From contig CAIKZC010000001.1 of the NCBI GenBank assembly GCA_903831815.1, positions 20,188 through 84,187 on the forward strand: a stretch of DNA of 64,000 nt. The letters run 5' to 3'. Source of the DNA: an uncultured bacterium. Its GTDB lineage: Bacteria; Patescibacteriota; Minisyncoccia; Phycocordibacterales; UBA11359. The notes under the pieces are model-generated. The model made no database searches, was not told where the DNA came from, and saw only the letters and a list, made by a program, of their open reading frames with translations. Of the stretch, positions 9,195 through 19,176 are shown piece by piece (position 1 is the first letter of the stretch; every line of letters starts with the position of its first letter). The position numbers and the translations under genes were made by a program.

Positions 9195-9425
9195 ATGTCT
9201 ACATTTTCAAAACAACTGGTCGATAAATGTATCGAATATTTCAAACGTGTTCATCACACGGATATTTCCGTTGATACAGCCAACGAATACCTGCACTCCT
9301 TTGCCAAACTCTACCTAGCTTTCAATCGACCAAACGGCGGGGGCGGCGCCCGCTCCTTATGGGGCGGCGAGGCCCCGCCGGTGGGGGTGACTCCTAAAGT
9401 TATCCTAGGTGTTAGTAACACCTAG
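9195..9425 (+). CDS. Small protein upstream of Rep; candidate regulator or recombination directionality factor
   Basis: 76-aa ORF with helical first ~45 aa; the tail reads through the GC-rich hairpins. Confidence 0.55.
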   Translation: MSTFSKQLVDKCIEYFKRVHHTDISVDTANEYLHSFAKLYLAFNRPNGGGGARSLWGGEAPPVGVTPKVILGVSNT

Positions 9426-9429
9426 GATA
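9335..9429. other. Putative double-strand origin: GC-rich hairpin plus a perfect 14-bp palindrome
   Basis: CGGCGGGG...CCCCGCCG (9335-9380) and TATCCTAGGTGTTA-G-TAACACCTAGGATA (9401-9429), ending 16 nt before the Rep start. Confidence 0.65.
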
Positions 9430-9445
9430 CGTTGCAATATACAAC

Positions 9446-10498
9446 ATGATAGATACTGTTAAATTCTTAATACCCATGACTGATCAAACCATAATTGATC
9501 AACTTAAACATACCCTAAAACGCTTTAAAAAAGATGATATGAAAACTGGCGAAATAGAATTTGAGTTTTTTAGCAGTAACATCGAGCTTGGCTCATACCA
9601 CCGAACTGTGGCAATTAAATCAACAGAATTACCACTCGGATTTTTCATTGAATTCTCAGCTCCTAAATATTCTAAGGGTAACAATGTTGAAATGATATAT
9701 CCCCATGAACTGCCGGAAATAGTAGCGAAACTATACGATGAATTATGCACCCACATGAACTACAAGCTCCCTGACTTTAACCTCTGGCCTGTATATCGTT
9801 TAGACGTCTGCTACAACTGGCTTTTCAAAGATGAAAGTGAAGCTATGTATGCCATGAACTTTCTGCGCCGTATCGACTACCCCCGAAAAAAGAAACATAC
9901 CTACGACACATCCGTCATGTACCAAGGTTCTGCCTACACGGTCAAATTCTATTTAAAAGGTGCCGAGTTTAAAGTTAACGATTCCAAGAAAATCGAATTC
10001 AAGCGAGCGGTCAATCTACAATCATGGGCTAACCGGATTGTGCGGTTTGAAGTGAACCTAAAGAAAACATACCTACAACAGACATTTTTAGTGGACAAAG
10101 TATATTTACAAAATATTATTGATGATACTGTTATCGAACAAATCCTAAAATATTATTTAGAAGACAAAGTCTTTAAATATCTCAACATCAACTCCATGAC
10201 GGATGAAAATATCAAGCAAATTCTTTTTGAAAATTTCACTAAGACAAAATCCATGCGACTATATCAATTTTACAAGGGTTTCTTTTTTGATACCGAGATT
10301 AAAGATATGTTAATTTCCGGTGGTCTCAATCGCAGTACCATATACCGTTACAAAACTGATCTGAAGCGTGTCGGGGTTGGTATCTCACTTGAGAAACTAC
10401 CCGAAAGTAAGAATATTTTAGAGCAGTTAGTCATTCCATCCCCAAATTCACAATTTAATTTGATTGATTATGTTGATTATAAAATTTTAGAAGCATAA
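9446..10498 (+). CDS. Rolling-circle replication initiator, phage/plasmid gene II/X family (Rep_trans-like)
   Basis: MIDT start, SAPK..GNN, RLDVCYN, VKFYLKG.EF, RFEV and a C-terminal HTH RSTIYRYK..L..VG, all typical of the gene II/X (CRI) family. Confidence 0.8.
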   Translation: MIDTVKFLIPMTDQTIIDQLKHTLKRFKKDDMKTGEIEFEFFSSNIELGSYHRTVAIKSTELPLGFFIEFSAPKYSKGNNVEMIYPHELPEIVAKLYDELCTHMNYKLPDFNLWPVYRLDVCYNWLFKDESEAMYAMNFLRRIDYPRKKKHTYDTSVMYQGSAYTVKFYLKGAEFKVNDSKKIEFKRAVNLQSWANRIVRFEVNLKKTYLQQTFLVDKVYLQNIIDDTVIEQILKYYLEDKVFKYLNINSMTDENIKQILFENFTKTKSMRLYQFYKGFFFDTEIKDMLISGGLNRSTIYRYKTDLKRVGVGISLEKLPESKNILEQLVIPSPNSQFNLIDYVDYKILEA

Positions 10499-10508
10499 TA
10501 TAGCAACC

Positions 10509-11960
10509 ATGAAATACATTCTCTATTGCAGAAAATCAACCGAGTCGGAAGACAGACAGATTCTGTCACTTGATTCTCAAAAAGATGAGCTAACAAAGCT
10601 TGCTACCAATCAAGGTTTTCAAATCGTCAAAACCCTGCAAGAAAGCAAATCAGCTAAAGCACCCGGCAGACCTGTATTCAATGAAATGCTGAAACTAATC
10701 GAGACCGGAAAAGCTGACGCGATTCTGTGTTGGAAAATAGATCGCCTGGCTCGCAACCCAGTGGACGGCGGACAGATACAATGGCTGTTACAAAATAGCA
10801 AAATAAAATGTATTCAAACTTTTGAAAAATGCTACTATCCCAACGACAATGTTCTCCTCATGTCTATCGAACAAGCCATGGCTTCGCAATACATCAGAGA
10901 CTTAAGCACCAACGTCAAACGTGGCAACCGAGCCAAACTCGAAAAAGGTGTCTGGCCAAATCGTCCTCCATTCGGATATGACAATGACCGATTAAACAAA
11001 ACGATAATCGTTGATCAAGAAAATTCAAAATATCTCATTCGGGCTTTTGAACTCTACTCCACCGGCAGTTATGGTTTCAAAGAAATCGGCAACATACTAT
11101 ACAAAGAAGGACTACGAACAAAAACTGGCAAGAAATTCTTTTCTGGCAAAATACATAAATTTATAAGTAACCCATTTTACTATGGTGTCATGCGCATGGA
11201 CGGCAAACTATACAACGGCACTCATACGCCACTCATCTCAAAAGAGTTATTCGATCAAACTCAAGACGTGCTACACAACAGAAACAGACCACGACCTAAA
11301 AATCACTTCTTCCCACTTCGGGGATTTATGTCCTGTGAAGTCTGCGGCTGTTCATTAACCGCTTCGCTTAAAAAAGGTCATCACTATTACTACTGCACCA
11401 ACAGCAAAGGTGTCTGCACCGAACACAAAACCTACATGCGAGAGAGCAAACTATATCCTATCGTGGCTTCACTTTTTGAAAAGCTCAACCTGGATGAAGA
11501 AACTATTGAAATGATGTACCAAGCCGCTAAAGAGGAGACCGGCCACGCCACTGAATACTCAACCACCACTCTTTCTTCCCTTCAAAGTAACTTAAATGCC
11601 CTCACAGCAAAAGAAAGCAAACTACTTGATACTTTGCTCGCTGAACATATTACACAGGAGGTATACCACGACAAGGCTATTGAAATACAGAACGAGAAAG
11701 TCACACTAAAGAAACAAATCGCCGATCTTGAACTGAAAAGCAAAAACATTATTTCCACCTTGGAACCAACCAAAGAAATCTTTTTACGAGCAAGTAGAGC
11801 CAAAAAAGAGTTTATCGCCGGCGATGATTCAAAAAAGCGTGATATAGTAGAAACTATACTTTGGGACCTTTCGATGAAAGAACAGAAAATGGCTCAATAC
11901 AAGTTTAAAAGTCCGTATGCGAGCTTCCTAAAACTGCCTAAAAAAACCCGTCTTTTTTAG
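10509..11960 (+). CDS. Large serine recombinase (integrase)
   Basis: YCRKST catalytic Ser, ESKSAK..RPVF, DRLARN, recombinase domain, Zn ribbon (CEVCG...YYYCT...C) and coiled coil; ends at the tRNA 3' end. Confidence 0.95.
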   Translation: MKYILYCRKSTESEDRQILSLDSQKDELTKLATNQGFQIVKTLQESKSAKAPGRPVFNEMLKLIETGKADAILCWKIDRLARNPVDGGQIQWLLQNSKIKCIQTFEKCYYPNDNVLLMSIEQAMASQYIRDLSTNVKRGNRAKLEKGVWPNRPPFGYDNDRLNKTIIVDQENSKYLIRAFELYSTGSYGFKEIGNILYKEGLRTKTGKKFFSGKIHKFISNPFYYGVMRMDGKLYNGTHTPLISKELFDQTQDVLHNRNRPRPKNHFFPLRGFMSCEVCGCSLTASLKKGHHYYYCTNSKGVCTEHKTYMRESKLYPIVASLFEKLNLDEETIEMMYQAAKEETGHATEYSTTTLSSLQSNLNALTAKESKLLDTLLAEHITQEVYHDKAIEIQNEKVTLKKQIADLELKSKNIISTLEPTKEIFLRASRAKKEFIAGDDSKKRDIVETILWDLSMKEQKMAQYKFKSPYASFLKLPKKTRLF

Positions 11961-11965
11961 AACTG

Positions 11966-12050
11966 CGGAGGGTAGGAGATTCGAACTCCTGAAGGGTTGC
12001 CCCTTACACGCTTTCCAAGCGTGCGTACTAGACCACTATACGAACCCTCC
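11966..12050 (-). tRNA. tRNA-Ser(GGA)
   Basis: GGAGGGT/ACCCTCC acceptor, CACGC-TTGGAAA-GCGTG anticodon arm, long variable arm, GTTCGAATC T-loop. Confidence 0.95.
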
Positions 12051-12069
12051 CTTTTTCAATAAACATCCA

Positions 12070-12969
12070 CTATACGACATCTTTGCCGCCCAGCAAAATG
12101 CGAACACGATCTTCAACTGGTGGATGTGTGAAAAAAAGTCCGGAGACTTTTTTGCCTAGATTTCCAAAAGGATTGGCAATAAAAAGATGAGCCGTGGCCT
12201 GACTTGCATGTTGCATTTGCATGGAGTTATCGGAAATTTTTCGGAGAGCATTGGCCAAACCTTCGGGATAACGGGTCAATAATGCACCATCGGCATCAGC
12301 TAAATATTCGCGCTTTCGCGAAACGGCTAGTTGAATGATAGTCACGGCGATTGGCGACAAAATTGCCAACACCACGCCAATCAAGATTAAAATTCCATTC
12401 CCGCCTTCCCTATCATTTCCTCGACGAGCGCCACCAAACATCATTCCACGAAGAAAAATATGAGAAAGGATACTGACAAAACCGACGAGAACAATTACAA
12501 TAGTTGAGATGAGGATGTCGCGGTTACCGATGTGAGAAAGCTCGTGGGCAATGACGCCTTCGAGCTCGGTTTTATTCAAAATTTGCAAAAGTCCAGAGGT
12601 AACCGCGACCGCCGCATGCTCTTTATTTCGTCCAGTCGCAAAAGCATTCGGCGCGTTATCCGAAATAATATAAACACGAGGCATCGGCAATCCGGCCGTA
12701 ATCGACAAATTTTCGACTGTATTCCAAAGATCGGTATTTTGCTCACGAGTTATCGGCTGCGCCCGATACATCGACAGAACAATTTTGTCCGAAAACCAGT
12801 AACTAAAGAAATTCATGAACAAACTAAACACGACGGCAATGAACAAAATGCCGATATTGTCATAAATCATGGCGAAAACATATCCGATAGCGATGATTAC
12901 CACCAAAAAAGTGATCATCAACAACCATGTCTTCCAAACATTTTTTGATTGTTCGTGATAGATATCCAT
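12070..12969 (-). CDS. htpX: Zinc metalloprotease HtpX (M48)
   Basis: PNAFATG, HELSH, SRKREYLAD, THPP motifs; downstream of lemA. Confidence 0.95.
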   Translation of the reverse strand: MDIYHEQSKNVWKTWLLMITFLVVIIAIGYVFAMIYDNIGILFIAVVFSLFMNFFSYWFSDKIVLSMYRAQPITREQNTDLWNTVENLSITAGLPMPRVYIISDNAPNAFATGRNKEHAAVAVTSGLLQILNKTELEGVIAHELSHIGNRDILISTIVIVLVGFVSILSHIFLRGMMFGGARRGNDREGGNGILILIGVVLAILSPIAVTIIQLAVSRKREYLADADGALLTRYPEGLANALRKISDNSMQMQHASQATAHLFIANPFGNLGKKVSGLFFTHPPVEDRVRILLGGKDVV

Positions 12970-12984
12970 TTCGATTTCAGAGAA

Positions 12985-13542
12985 TTAGAACTTTACTTCG
13001 ACTGGCTGTCGTTCAGCTTCAGATCCCTCAAGATTAAAGAATTCCATTTTTGAGAAATGAAAGGCTCCGGCGATTACATTCCCAGGGAAAACTTCAAGTG
13101 CAGTATTTAGATCGCGAACATTGGTGTTATAGAATCGGCGAGCGGCTTGAATTTTGTTTTCCGTATCCGACAATTCGGTTTGCAAAGCCAAAAAATTTTG
13201 ATTGGCCTTTAACTCCGGGTATGCCTCAGCGATCGCAAATACCGATTTTAAAGCACCAACGAGATTATTTTCTGCAACTGCTTTGTCGGCCAGATTACCT
13301 GCACCCATGGCTGCAGCCCGAGCTTGCGTCACCTTTTCAAAAGCCGTACTTTCGTGTGTCGCATAACCTTTCACCGTGTTCACAAGGTTAGGAATAAGGT
13401 CATATCGACGCTTCAATTGCACATCAATGTCAGCCCAAGCTTCCTTAGCTCGATTTACGAACGTAACGAACCGATTATACGAAAACATGAGCCAAATAAG
13501 CACAATTACTACTATTGCCACAATAATATAGATAAAAGTCAT
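12985..13542 (-). CDS. lemA: LemA family protein
   Basis: WADIDVQLKRRYDLIPNL, EAYPELKA, ARRFYN. Confidence 0.95.
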   Translation of the reverse strand: MTFIYIIVAIVVIVLIWLMFSYNRFVTFVNRAKEAWADIDVQLKRRYDLIPNLVNTVKGYATHESTAFEKVTQARAAAMGAGNLADKAVAENNLVGALKSVFAIAEAYPELKANQNFLALQTELSDTENKIQAARRFYNTNVRDLNTALEVFPGNVIAGAFHFSKMEFFNLEGSEAERQPVEVKF

Positions 13543-13635
13543 AAAAAGTGATGATTAAATGATAACCTAAATAATACCCAAGTATTATAGCACAAAACTT
13601 GCCAACTTTCCCCTATTCTGATAAGCTTTTACCTA

Positions 13636-13872
13636 ATGCAATTTCTGGCACGAATATTACCTTATATACAGCTAATCCTATCGGCGATCCTTATAGCCGT
13701 AGTTTTGCTTCAGCAATCCGATTCTTCTTTGGGTGGCGCTTTTGGCGGAGGAGATGACGCTGGCGGAATCCAACACACACGCCGCGGCTCTGAAAAAGTC
13801 CTCTTCAATACTACAATCGTTACGGGCATTTTGTTTACCGTCGCTGCTTTTATTGCATTAGTTATACGATAA
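13636..13872 (+). CDS. secG: Preprotein translocase subunit SecG
   Basis: Two TM helices, VLLQ..LGGAFGG, TRRG.EK. Confidence 0.9.
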   Translation: MQFLARILPYIQLILSAILIAVVLLQQSDSSLGGAFGGGDDAGGIQHTRRGSEKVLFNTTIVTGILFTVAAFIALVIR

Positions 13873-13888
13873 AATCGTTTCTCTTAGC

Positions 13889-15598
13889 GTGAATAACCTC
13901 AAAAAAACACTCCATTCATTTTCTTTTGCCGAAAAGATCATCTTTTCATTTTTTGTCGCACTTTTCATCGGAAGCAGTTTATACGTACTTTCAATAATCA
14001 ATAAACATTTTTCCGTCCAAGTTCCGATAGAAGGTGGCACATTGACCGAAGGAGTTATTGGATATGTCGGCTTTATCAACCCCGTTCTTGCAGTAACTGA
14101 CTCGGGACGTGACCTAACCGAACTTATTTACTCCGGACTTATGAAAGCAACTTCCGCGGGCACCCTCGTTCCGGAATTGGCGGAAAGTTACAACATTTCG
14201 GATGACGGACTTAATTACACATTCGTTTTAAAAAACAATATCTTTTTTCATGATGGCACTCCGATAACCGCCGATGATGTGATTTTCACGATCCAAAAAG
14301 TTCAGGATCCGGCTCTTAAAAGTCCCTCAAAACCAAATTGGGACGGTGTGACGGTCAAGAAGATCGACGACCGCACGGTTTCATTTACTCTCGCAAAGCC
14401 ATACGCGCCATTTTTGGAAAATACCACATTAGGAATCATCCCAAAACATATTTGGAAAAATGCCAGCGATGATGAATTTACCTATAGTCAATACAACTTC
14501 GAACCTATTGGTTCCGGCCCATACAAGCTTTACAGTATAGAACGCAACTCATCCGGAATCCCACAAAATTACGATCTTGTACCATTCGATAAATATCCTC
14601 TTGGTAGCCCATACATTTCACATATCATCGTAAAAAGTTTTACGAACGAAAAAAGCATGATTGAAGCTTACCAACAAGGCGATATCCAAAGTATGTATGA
14701 CATATCTCCGCAAGTTGCGAAATCGGTCAGTCGCAGAGATAGTCAGATCTATACAACCTCACTACCCCGCGTTTTTGGCATATTCTTCAATCAAAACGAA
14801 GCTCCTGTCCTTGCAAATAAAGAGGTTAGACAAGCTTTGCAACTTGCCACAGACCGACAAGCGATCATAGACAACGTTCTGGGTGGTTACGGCGCAGTTA
14901 TTACTGATCCGATTCCGCCGGGTGCATTGCCAGCCGGCGCCGACCTGCCGACAACTGTGGCCTCAACTTCAATCGATGGAGCAAAGAAAATTTTGACCGG
15001 CGCCGGCTGGACCCCTGATGCAAACGGCATTATGCAAAAAAAGATCGGCAAAAGTACAATCGCTTTGCGTCTTTCAATTTCAACTTCCGACACGCCGGAG
15101 TTAGTTCAAGCCGCCAATATGGTCAAAGTGATGTGGCAAAAAATCGGCGCAGACGTTTCGGTTAAGATTTTTGAAACCGGCGAACTTAATCAAAGTGTTA
15201 TTCGTCCTCGCAAATACGACGCTTTGCTTTTTGGTGAAATTATCGGTCGCGATCTTGATCTTTATGCATTTTGGCATTCATCCGGTCGTCTTGATCCCGG
15301 TCTCAACATCGCAGAATACGTCAACGTCAAAGCTGACAAGATCTTGGAAAACGCACGCACAATCACCGACATGCAAAAAAGACTTGATCAATATGCCGCA
15401 TTTGAAACAGAAGTGAGAAACGACATTCCGGCCATTTTCCTTTATGCTCCAGATTTTATTTATATATTGCCGAAAAATATTCAAGGAGTGACTCTTGGAT
15501 CGGTCACCACGCCATCAGAAAGATTCTCGAGTGTCTCGGATTGGTACATCGACACCGAAAATGTTTGGAAAATTTTTGTAAGAACTGCCCCAAATTAA
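13889..15598 (+). CDS. ABC transporter substrate-binding protein family 5 (OppA/DppA-like)
   Basis: INPVL, LIYSGL, FHDGTPITADDVIFT, PIGSGPY. Confidence 0.9.
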   Translation: MNNLKKTLHSFSFAEKIIFSFFVALFIGSSLYVLSIINKHFSVQVPIEGGTLTEGVIGYVGFINPVLAVTDSGRDLTELIYSGLMKATSAGTLVPELAESYNISDDGLNYTFVLKNNIFFHDGTPITADDVIFTIQKVQDPALKSPSKPNWDGVTVKKIDDRTVSFTLAKPYAPFLENTTLGIIPKHIWKNASDDEFTYSQYNFEPIGSGPYKLYSIERNSSGIPQNYDLVPFDKYPLGSPYISHIIVKSFTNEKSMIEAYQQGDIQSMYDISPQVAKSVSRRDSQIYTTSLPRVFGIFFNQNEAPVLANKEVRQALQLATDRQAIIDNVLGGYGAVITDPIPPGALPAGADLPTTVASTSIDGAKKILTGAGWTPDANGIMQKKIGKSTIALRLSISTSDTPELVQAANMVKVMWQKIGADVSVKIFETGELNQSVIRPRKYDALLFGEIIGRDLDLYAFWHSSGRLDPGLNIAEYVNVKADKILENARTITDMQKRLDQYAAFETEVRNDIPAIFLYAPDFIYILPKNIQGVTLGSVTTPSERFSSVSDWYIDTENVWKIFVRTAPN

Positions 15599-15650
15599 AT
15601 TATTAAACTTTAAAAAAATTAATTATTAAAAATAAAAACAGAGAGAAAAT

Positions 15651-17576
15651 ATGGAAAAATCATACAATAATAAAGTAGTGGCGTTAGCGCGTGGAGCGGC
15701 AGCAGCGCATGCGGCGTCAACAAATACAACAACGACACCTCCGACAATGCCGCGCGTACCAATATCGCCTGCCATGACGACCCAAAAAAACGCCGGTCAC
15801 CGCATGGAAAACCGCAAACACGGCCGTCGAATGAGTCATGAACGCCGACCTACTACCAGTGCACCCAGAAAAGTAAAAGACGAAAATGTCATAATCCCAC
15901 CTATCGGAGATAACATCCGCATAATTACAATCGGCGGAGTGGAAGAGATCGGCAAGAATATGACCGCTATTCAATACAAAGACGATATCGTCGTTATTGA
16001 TGCCGGTATTCAATTTAGTACCGAGGATACTCCCGGCATTGATTACATTTTGCCAAATACCAAATATCTAGAAGACAACAAGGAAAAAATCCGTGCTGTG
16101 GTTATCACACACGGTCACTTGGATCATATCGGCGGATTGCCGTATATCATGGACCGCATCGGCAATCCGCCGATTTACACTCGCGAATTCGCTTCTTTGC
16201 TCATCAAAAAGCGTTTTACCGAATTCCCTAACCTACCAGAACTCAATTTAAAAATTGTTGAAAAAGACGACGGATCCTTACCAATCGGCAAACACTTAAA
16301 AATCAGGTTTTTTGGGTTAACCCACTCAATTCCAGATTCAACGGGCGTAATTATTGAAACACCATACGGCGACATCGTAAACACCGGTGACGTGCGTGTT
16401 GATAATACCGATGGAGTGCCAACCGAAAACGAATTAAAACAATACGAGATTTTCAAAAATCGTAAAATACTTTTGCTTACCATGGATTCGACCGGTATCG
16501 ATAAACCGGGTTGGGCTATGTCCGAAAAACATATTTTGGCTAACATCGACAAGATTGTTTCTACGGTTCCGGGCCGAATTATTATCGCCACCTTTGCTTC
16601 TCAAGTTGAACGTATCATCGAATTCTTAAACATTGCCAAAAAATACGGTAAAAAAGTTGTCATCGAAGGCCGTAGCATGAAAGTCAACGTTGAAATCATC
16701 AAACATCTTAAACTGGCCGACACAAAACACATCGTACCTCTCGAGGAAGTTGAAAAACATCCGCCACACAAAATTATGATGCTCGCTACCGGCGCACAAG
16801 GCGAAGAATTTGCCGCTCTAATGCGTATGTCCAATAAGTCTCATAAATATATTCGTCTCAACAGCACTGACACAATTATTTTATCTTCTTCGGTTATTCC
16901 GGGTAATGAACGTTCAGTGACCACGCTCAAAGATAACCTGTTCCGACATGATTGCCACATCATCACCTATCTAGATTCTGATGTACACACCTCAGGTCAC
17001 GGTAAACGTGGAGAATTGGAATGGATTCACAAACAAATTCCTTACAAATTCTTTATGCCGGTACACGGTCACCATTTCATGCTAAAAATGCATGCTGAAT
17101 TGGCCGTGGGACTCGGCACTAAACGCGAAAACGTCGTTGTACCCGACAACGGCAACATCATCGAACTTTTTGATGAAGGCCGACAAATCAGAAAATTAAA
17201 AGAAAAAGTCGCTTCAAATCCAATAATGGTTGACGGTTTTTCTGTCGGAAATATTCAAGAAGTAGTCATTCGCGATCGCCAAATGTTGGCGCAGGATGGT
17301 ATGTTCGTCATCATTGCAACAATCAACAGCTCGAACGGTAAACTTCGCAAGTCTCCGGATATTATTTCTCGCGGTTTCGTCTATTTACGTGAATCACAAG
17401 ACCTGCTTCGACAAGCTCGATTCATCATCAAGAAAACTATTGAAGATTCAACCAACGGCATGAATCCAATTAACTTTGACTTCGTCAAAACTAACGTCAC
17501 CGACGAGCTCAGCAAATTTCTCTTCCAAGAAACCGCCAAACGCCCGATCGTCATCCCTGTGATTTTGGGAATATAA
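15651..17576 (+). CDS. rnj: Ribonuclease J
   Basis: GGVEEIGKNM, THGHLDHIG, HTSGHG, RPIVIPVIL; disordered N-terminal extension. Confidence 0.95.
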   Translation: MEKSYNNKVVALARGAAAAHAASTNTTTTPPTMPRVPISPAMTTQKNAGHRMENRKHGRRMSHERRPTTSAPRKVKDENVIIPPIGDNIRIITIGGVEEIGKNMTAIQYKDDIVVIDAGIQFSTEDTPGIDYILPNTKYLEDNKEKIRAVVITHGHLDHIGGLPYIMDRIGNPPIYTREFASLLIKKRFTEFPNLPELNLKIVEKDDGSLPIGKHLKIRFFGLTHSIPDSTGVIIETPYGDIVNTGDVRVDNTDGVPTENELKQYEIFKNRKILLLTMDSTGIDKPGWAMSEKHILANIDKIVSTVPGRIIIATFASQVERIIEFLNIAKKYGKKVVIEGRSMKVNVEIIKHLKLADTKHIVPLEEVEKHPPHKIMMLATGAQGEEFAALMRMSNKSHKYIRLNSTDTIILSSSVIPGNERSVTTLKDNLFRHDCHIITYLDSDVHTSGHGKRGELEWIHKQIPYKFFMPVHGHHFMLKMHAELAVGLGTKRENVVVPDNGNIIELFDEGRQIRKLKEKVASNPIMVDGFSVGNIQEVVIRDRQMLAQDGMFVIIATINSSNGKLRKSPDIISRGFVYLRESQDLLRQARFIIKKTIEDSTNGMNPINFDFVKTNVTDELSKFLFQETAKRPIVIPVILGI

Positions 17577-17577
17577 C

Positions 17578-17907
17578 TTATTTCCACTCACCTCTCTGAT
17601 CGTCAAAAATAGCAACCCTATCACCACCGACAACTTCACCATCCTGAAAATATTCAACATCGATGGAAGTTTCCGATGTTTCAACTCCATTTATCATGAT
17701 ACCTTTTCTGGTATAACAATATTCATTGATAGCACCAAGTTCTTCACCTTTAGCACTTAAATCAAGCCAATAAAGCCCTAAAGCATCGGACACTTCTTCA
17801 AGTATAGTAATTCCTTCCGAAGATTTTAAGTGGTGCATGATAATCCCCATAACTTCGGACTTTGTCGGAATTCTCTCACCTCTTCCCTCAATTTGATTTT
17901 CTTTCAT
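17578..17907 (-). CDS. Hypothetical acidic protein
   Basis: ORF converging on rnj; start placed at MKENQ. Confidence 0.6.
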   Translation of the reverse strand: MKENQIEGRGERIPTKSEVMGIIMHHLKSSEGITILEEVSDALGLYWLDLSAKGEELGAINEYCYTRKGIMINGVETSETSIDVEYFQDGEVVGGDRVAIFDDQRGEWK

Positions 17908-17979
17908 ACGATAAGTATATATCCTATATATTTCTGAAGCAAAACACATGTTGAAGTTTTAGACTAGTGATATACTAAT

Positions 17980-19173
17980 ATGAGCATGGAACTTATTCCC
18001 CCTGCCCAACCGCAAAAAAAGATCCTTCGAATTTTGTATATTTCGATGTTCTTTTCTTCGTTTCACTATTATATTTTTCTATATATACAGTCGACTTTTC
18101 TCAGCAGATATGTTTCTGAAAATTATTTAAGCTTGATCTACGGTATCGGCGCAATTATTTCGCTCATCACATTATTTTTTGTTCCAAAGATCTTTGGTCG
18201 CATTTCAGATCGTCGCTTTACTCTGATATTGATTAGTATCGAAGCTCTGATATGTCTGACCTTAGCGTTCGGACAATTGGCTTTTTTGATCATTTTTGCC
18301 TTTATTTTCCAACAGGCACTCATACCGGTATTAGCCTTTGCATTAGACGTTCTTCTTGAGGATTATTCGAAAAATAGAGATGTGGGACTGATTAGGGGAA
18401 TTTCATTTACCGCGTCCAACATCGCCTTAGTATCTTCTCCTATCTTGGCAGGATACTTGGGAACGAAATACGGATTTGGAATCATCTTTTACCTATCAAT
18501 ACTTTTCCTATTTCCCCTCTTTATTTTGGTCTTTCGATTGCGCAAAAATCTCCATGAGCCGACATATCACAACCAATCAATCATCGAGACTGTCATAAAA
18601 ATACATAACGATTTCTCGGAACGCAGTCGCGACATCCAGCTCATCTTCAAGGTGAATTTTTTGCTTCAATTTTTTTACACTTGGATAGTTATTTATAGTC
18701 CGTTGTATTTGTTACATCAAGGTTTTAATTGGGGTCAAATCGGTATTATTTTCAGCATCATGCTTTTACCATTTCTTTTATTTGAATTGCCACTTGGCAG
18801 AATTGCCGATCGATGGCTCGGAGAAAAAGAAATTCTTGCGATCGGTTTTGCGATCCTTGGAGCCAGCACTATAGCAATCGCGTTTGTTCATTCTCAAAGC
18901 ATGTTGGTCTGGGCGACAGTACTCTTTATGACTCGAGTCGGTGCGAGCTGCATCGAGATCATGTCCGAAACATATTTTTTCAAACAAATACATAAAGACG
19001 ATGCACCGATCATCAGTCTATTTAGATTTACCCGTCCACTATCTCTTCTGGTTGCGCCGATCGCCGCCGCATTCACGATTTTAGTTGTCGGCGAAACCGG
19101 TGCCTTTCTGATACTCGGAATATTAATGATCTTTGGTTTAAGATTTGTCTATCCACTCGTTGATACGAGATAG
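17980..19173 (+). CDS. MFS transporter
   Basis: About 12 TM helices; LGRIADRWLGEK motif A. Confidence 0.9.
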   Translation: MSMELIPPAQPQKKILRILYISMFFSSFHYYIFLYIQSTFLSRYVSENYLSLIYGIGAIISLITLFFVPKIFGRISDRRFTLILISIEALICLTLAFGQLAFLIIFAFIFQQALIPVLAFALDVLLEDYSKNRDVGLIRGISFTASNIALVSSPILAGYLGTKYGFGIIFYLSILFLFPLFILVFRLRKNLHEPTYHNQSIIETVIKIHNDFSERSRDIQLIFKVNFLLQFFYTWIVIYSPLYLLHQGFNWGQIGIIFSIMLLPFLLFELPLGRIADRWLGEKEILAIGFAILGASTIAIAFVHSQSMLVWATVLFMTRVGASCIEIMSETYFFKQIHKDDAPIISLFRFTRPLSLLVAPIAAAFTILVVGETGAFLILGILMIFGLRFVYPLVDTR

Positions 19174-19176
19174 AAA

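Larger units (their letters stand above)
7267..11968. mobile_element. About 4.7-kb integrative rolling-circle element inserted in the tRNA-Ser 3' end
   Basis: Direct-repeat core CTGCGG at 7267-7272 and 11963-11968 (the latter at the tRNA 3' end); contains Rep II/X, a large serine recombinase, hairpins, a wHTH gene and one cargo gene. Confidence 0.8.

Noticed and set aside
8207-11960. Intact inovirus (filamentous) prophage
   Set aside because: Rep II/X is present, but there is no pI/Zot ATPase and no cluster of small coat-protein genes within the att-bounded interval.
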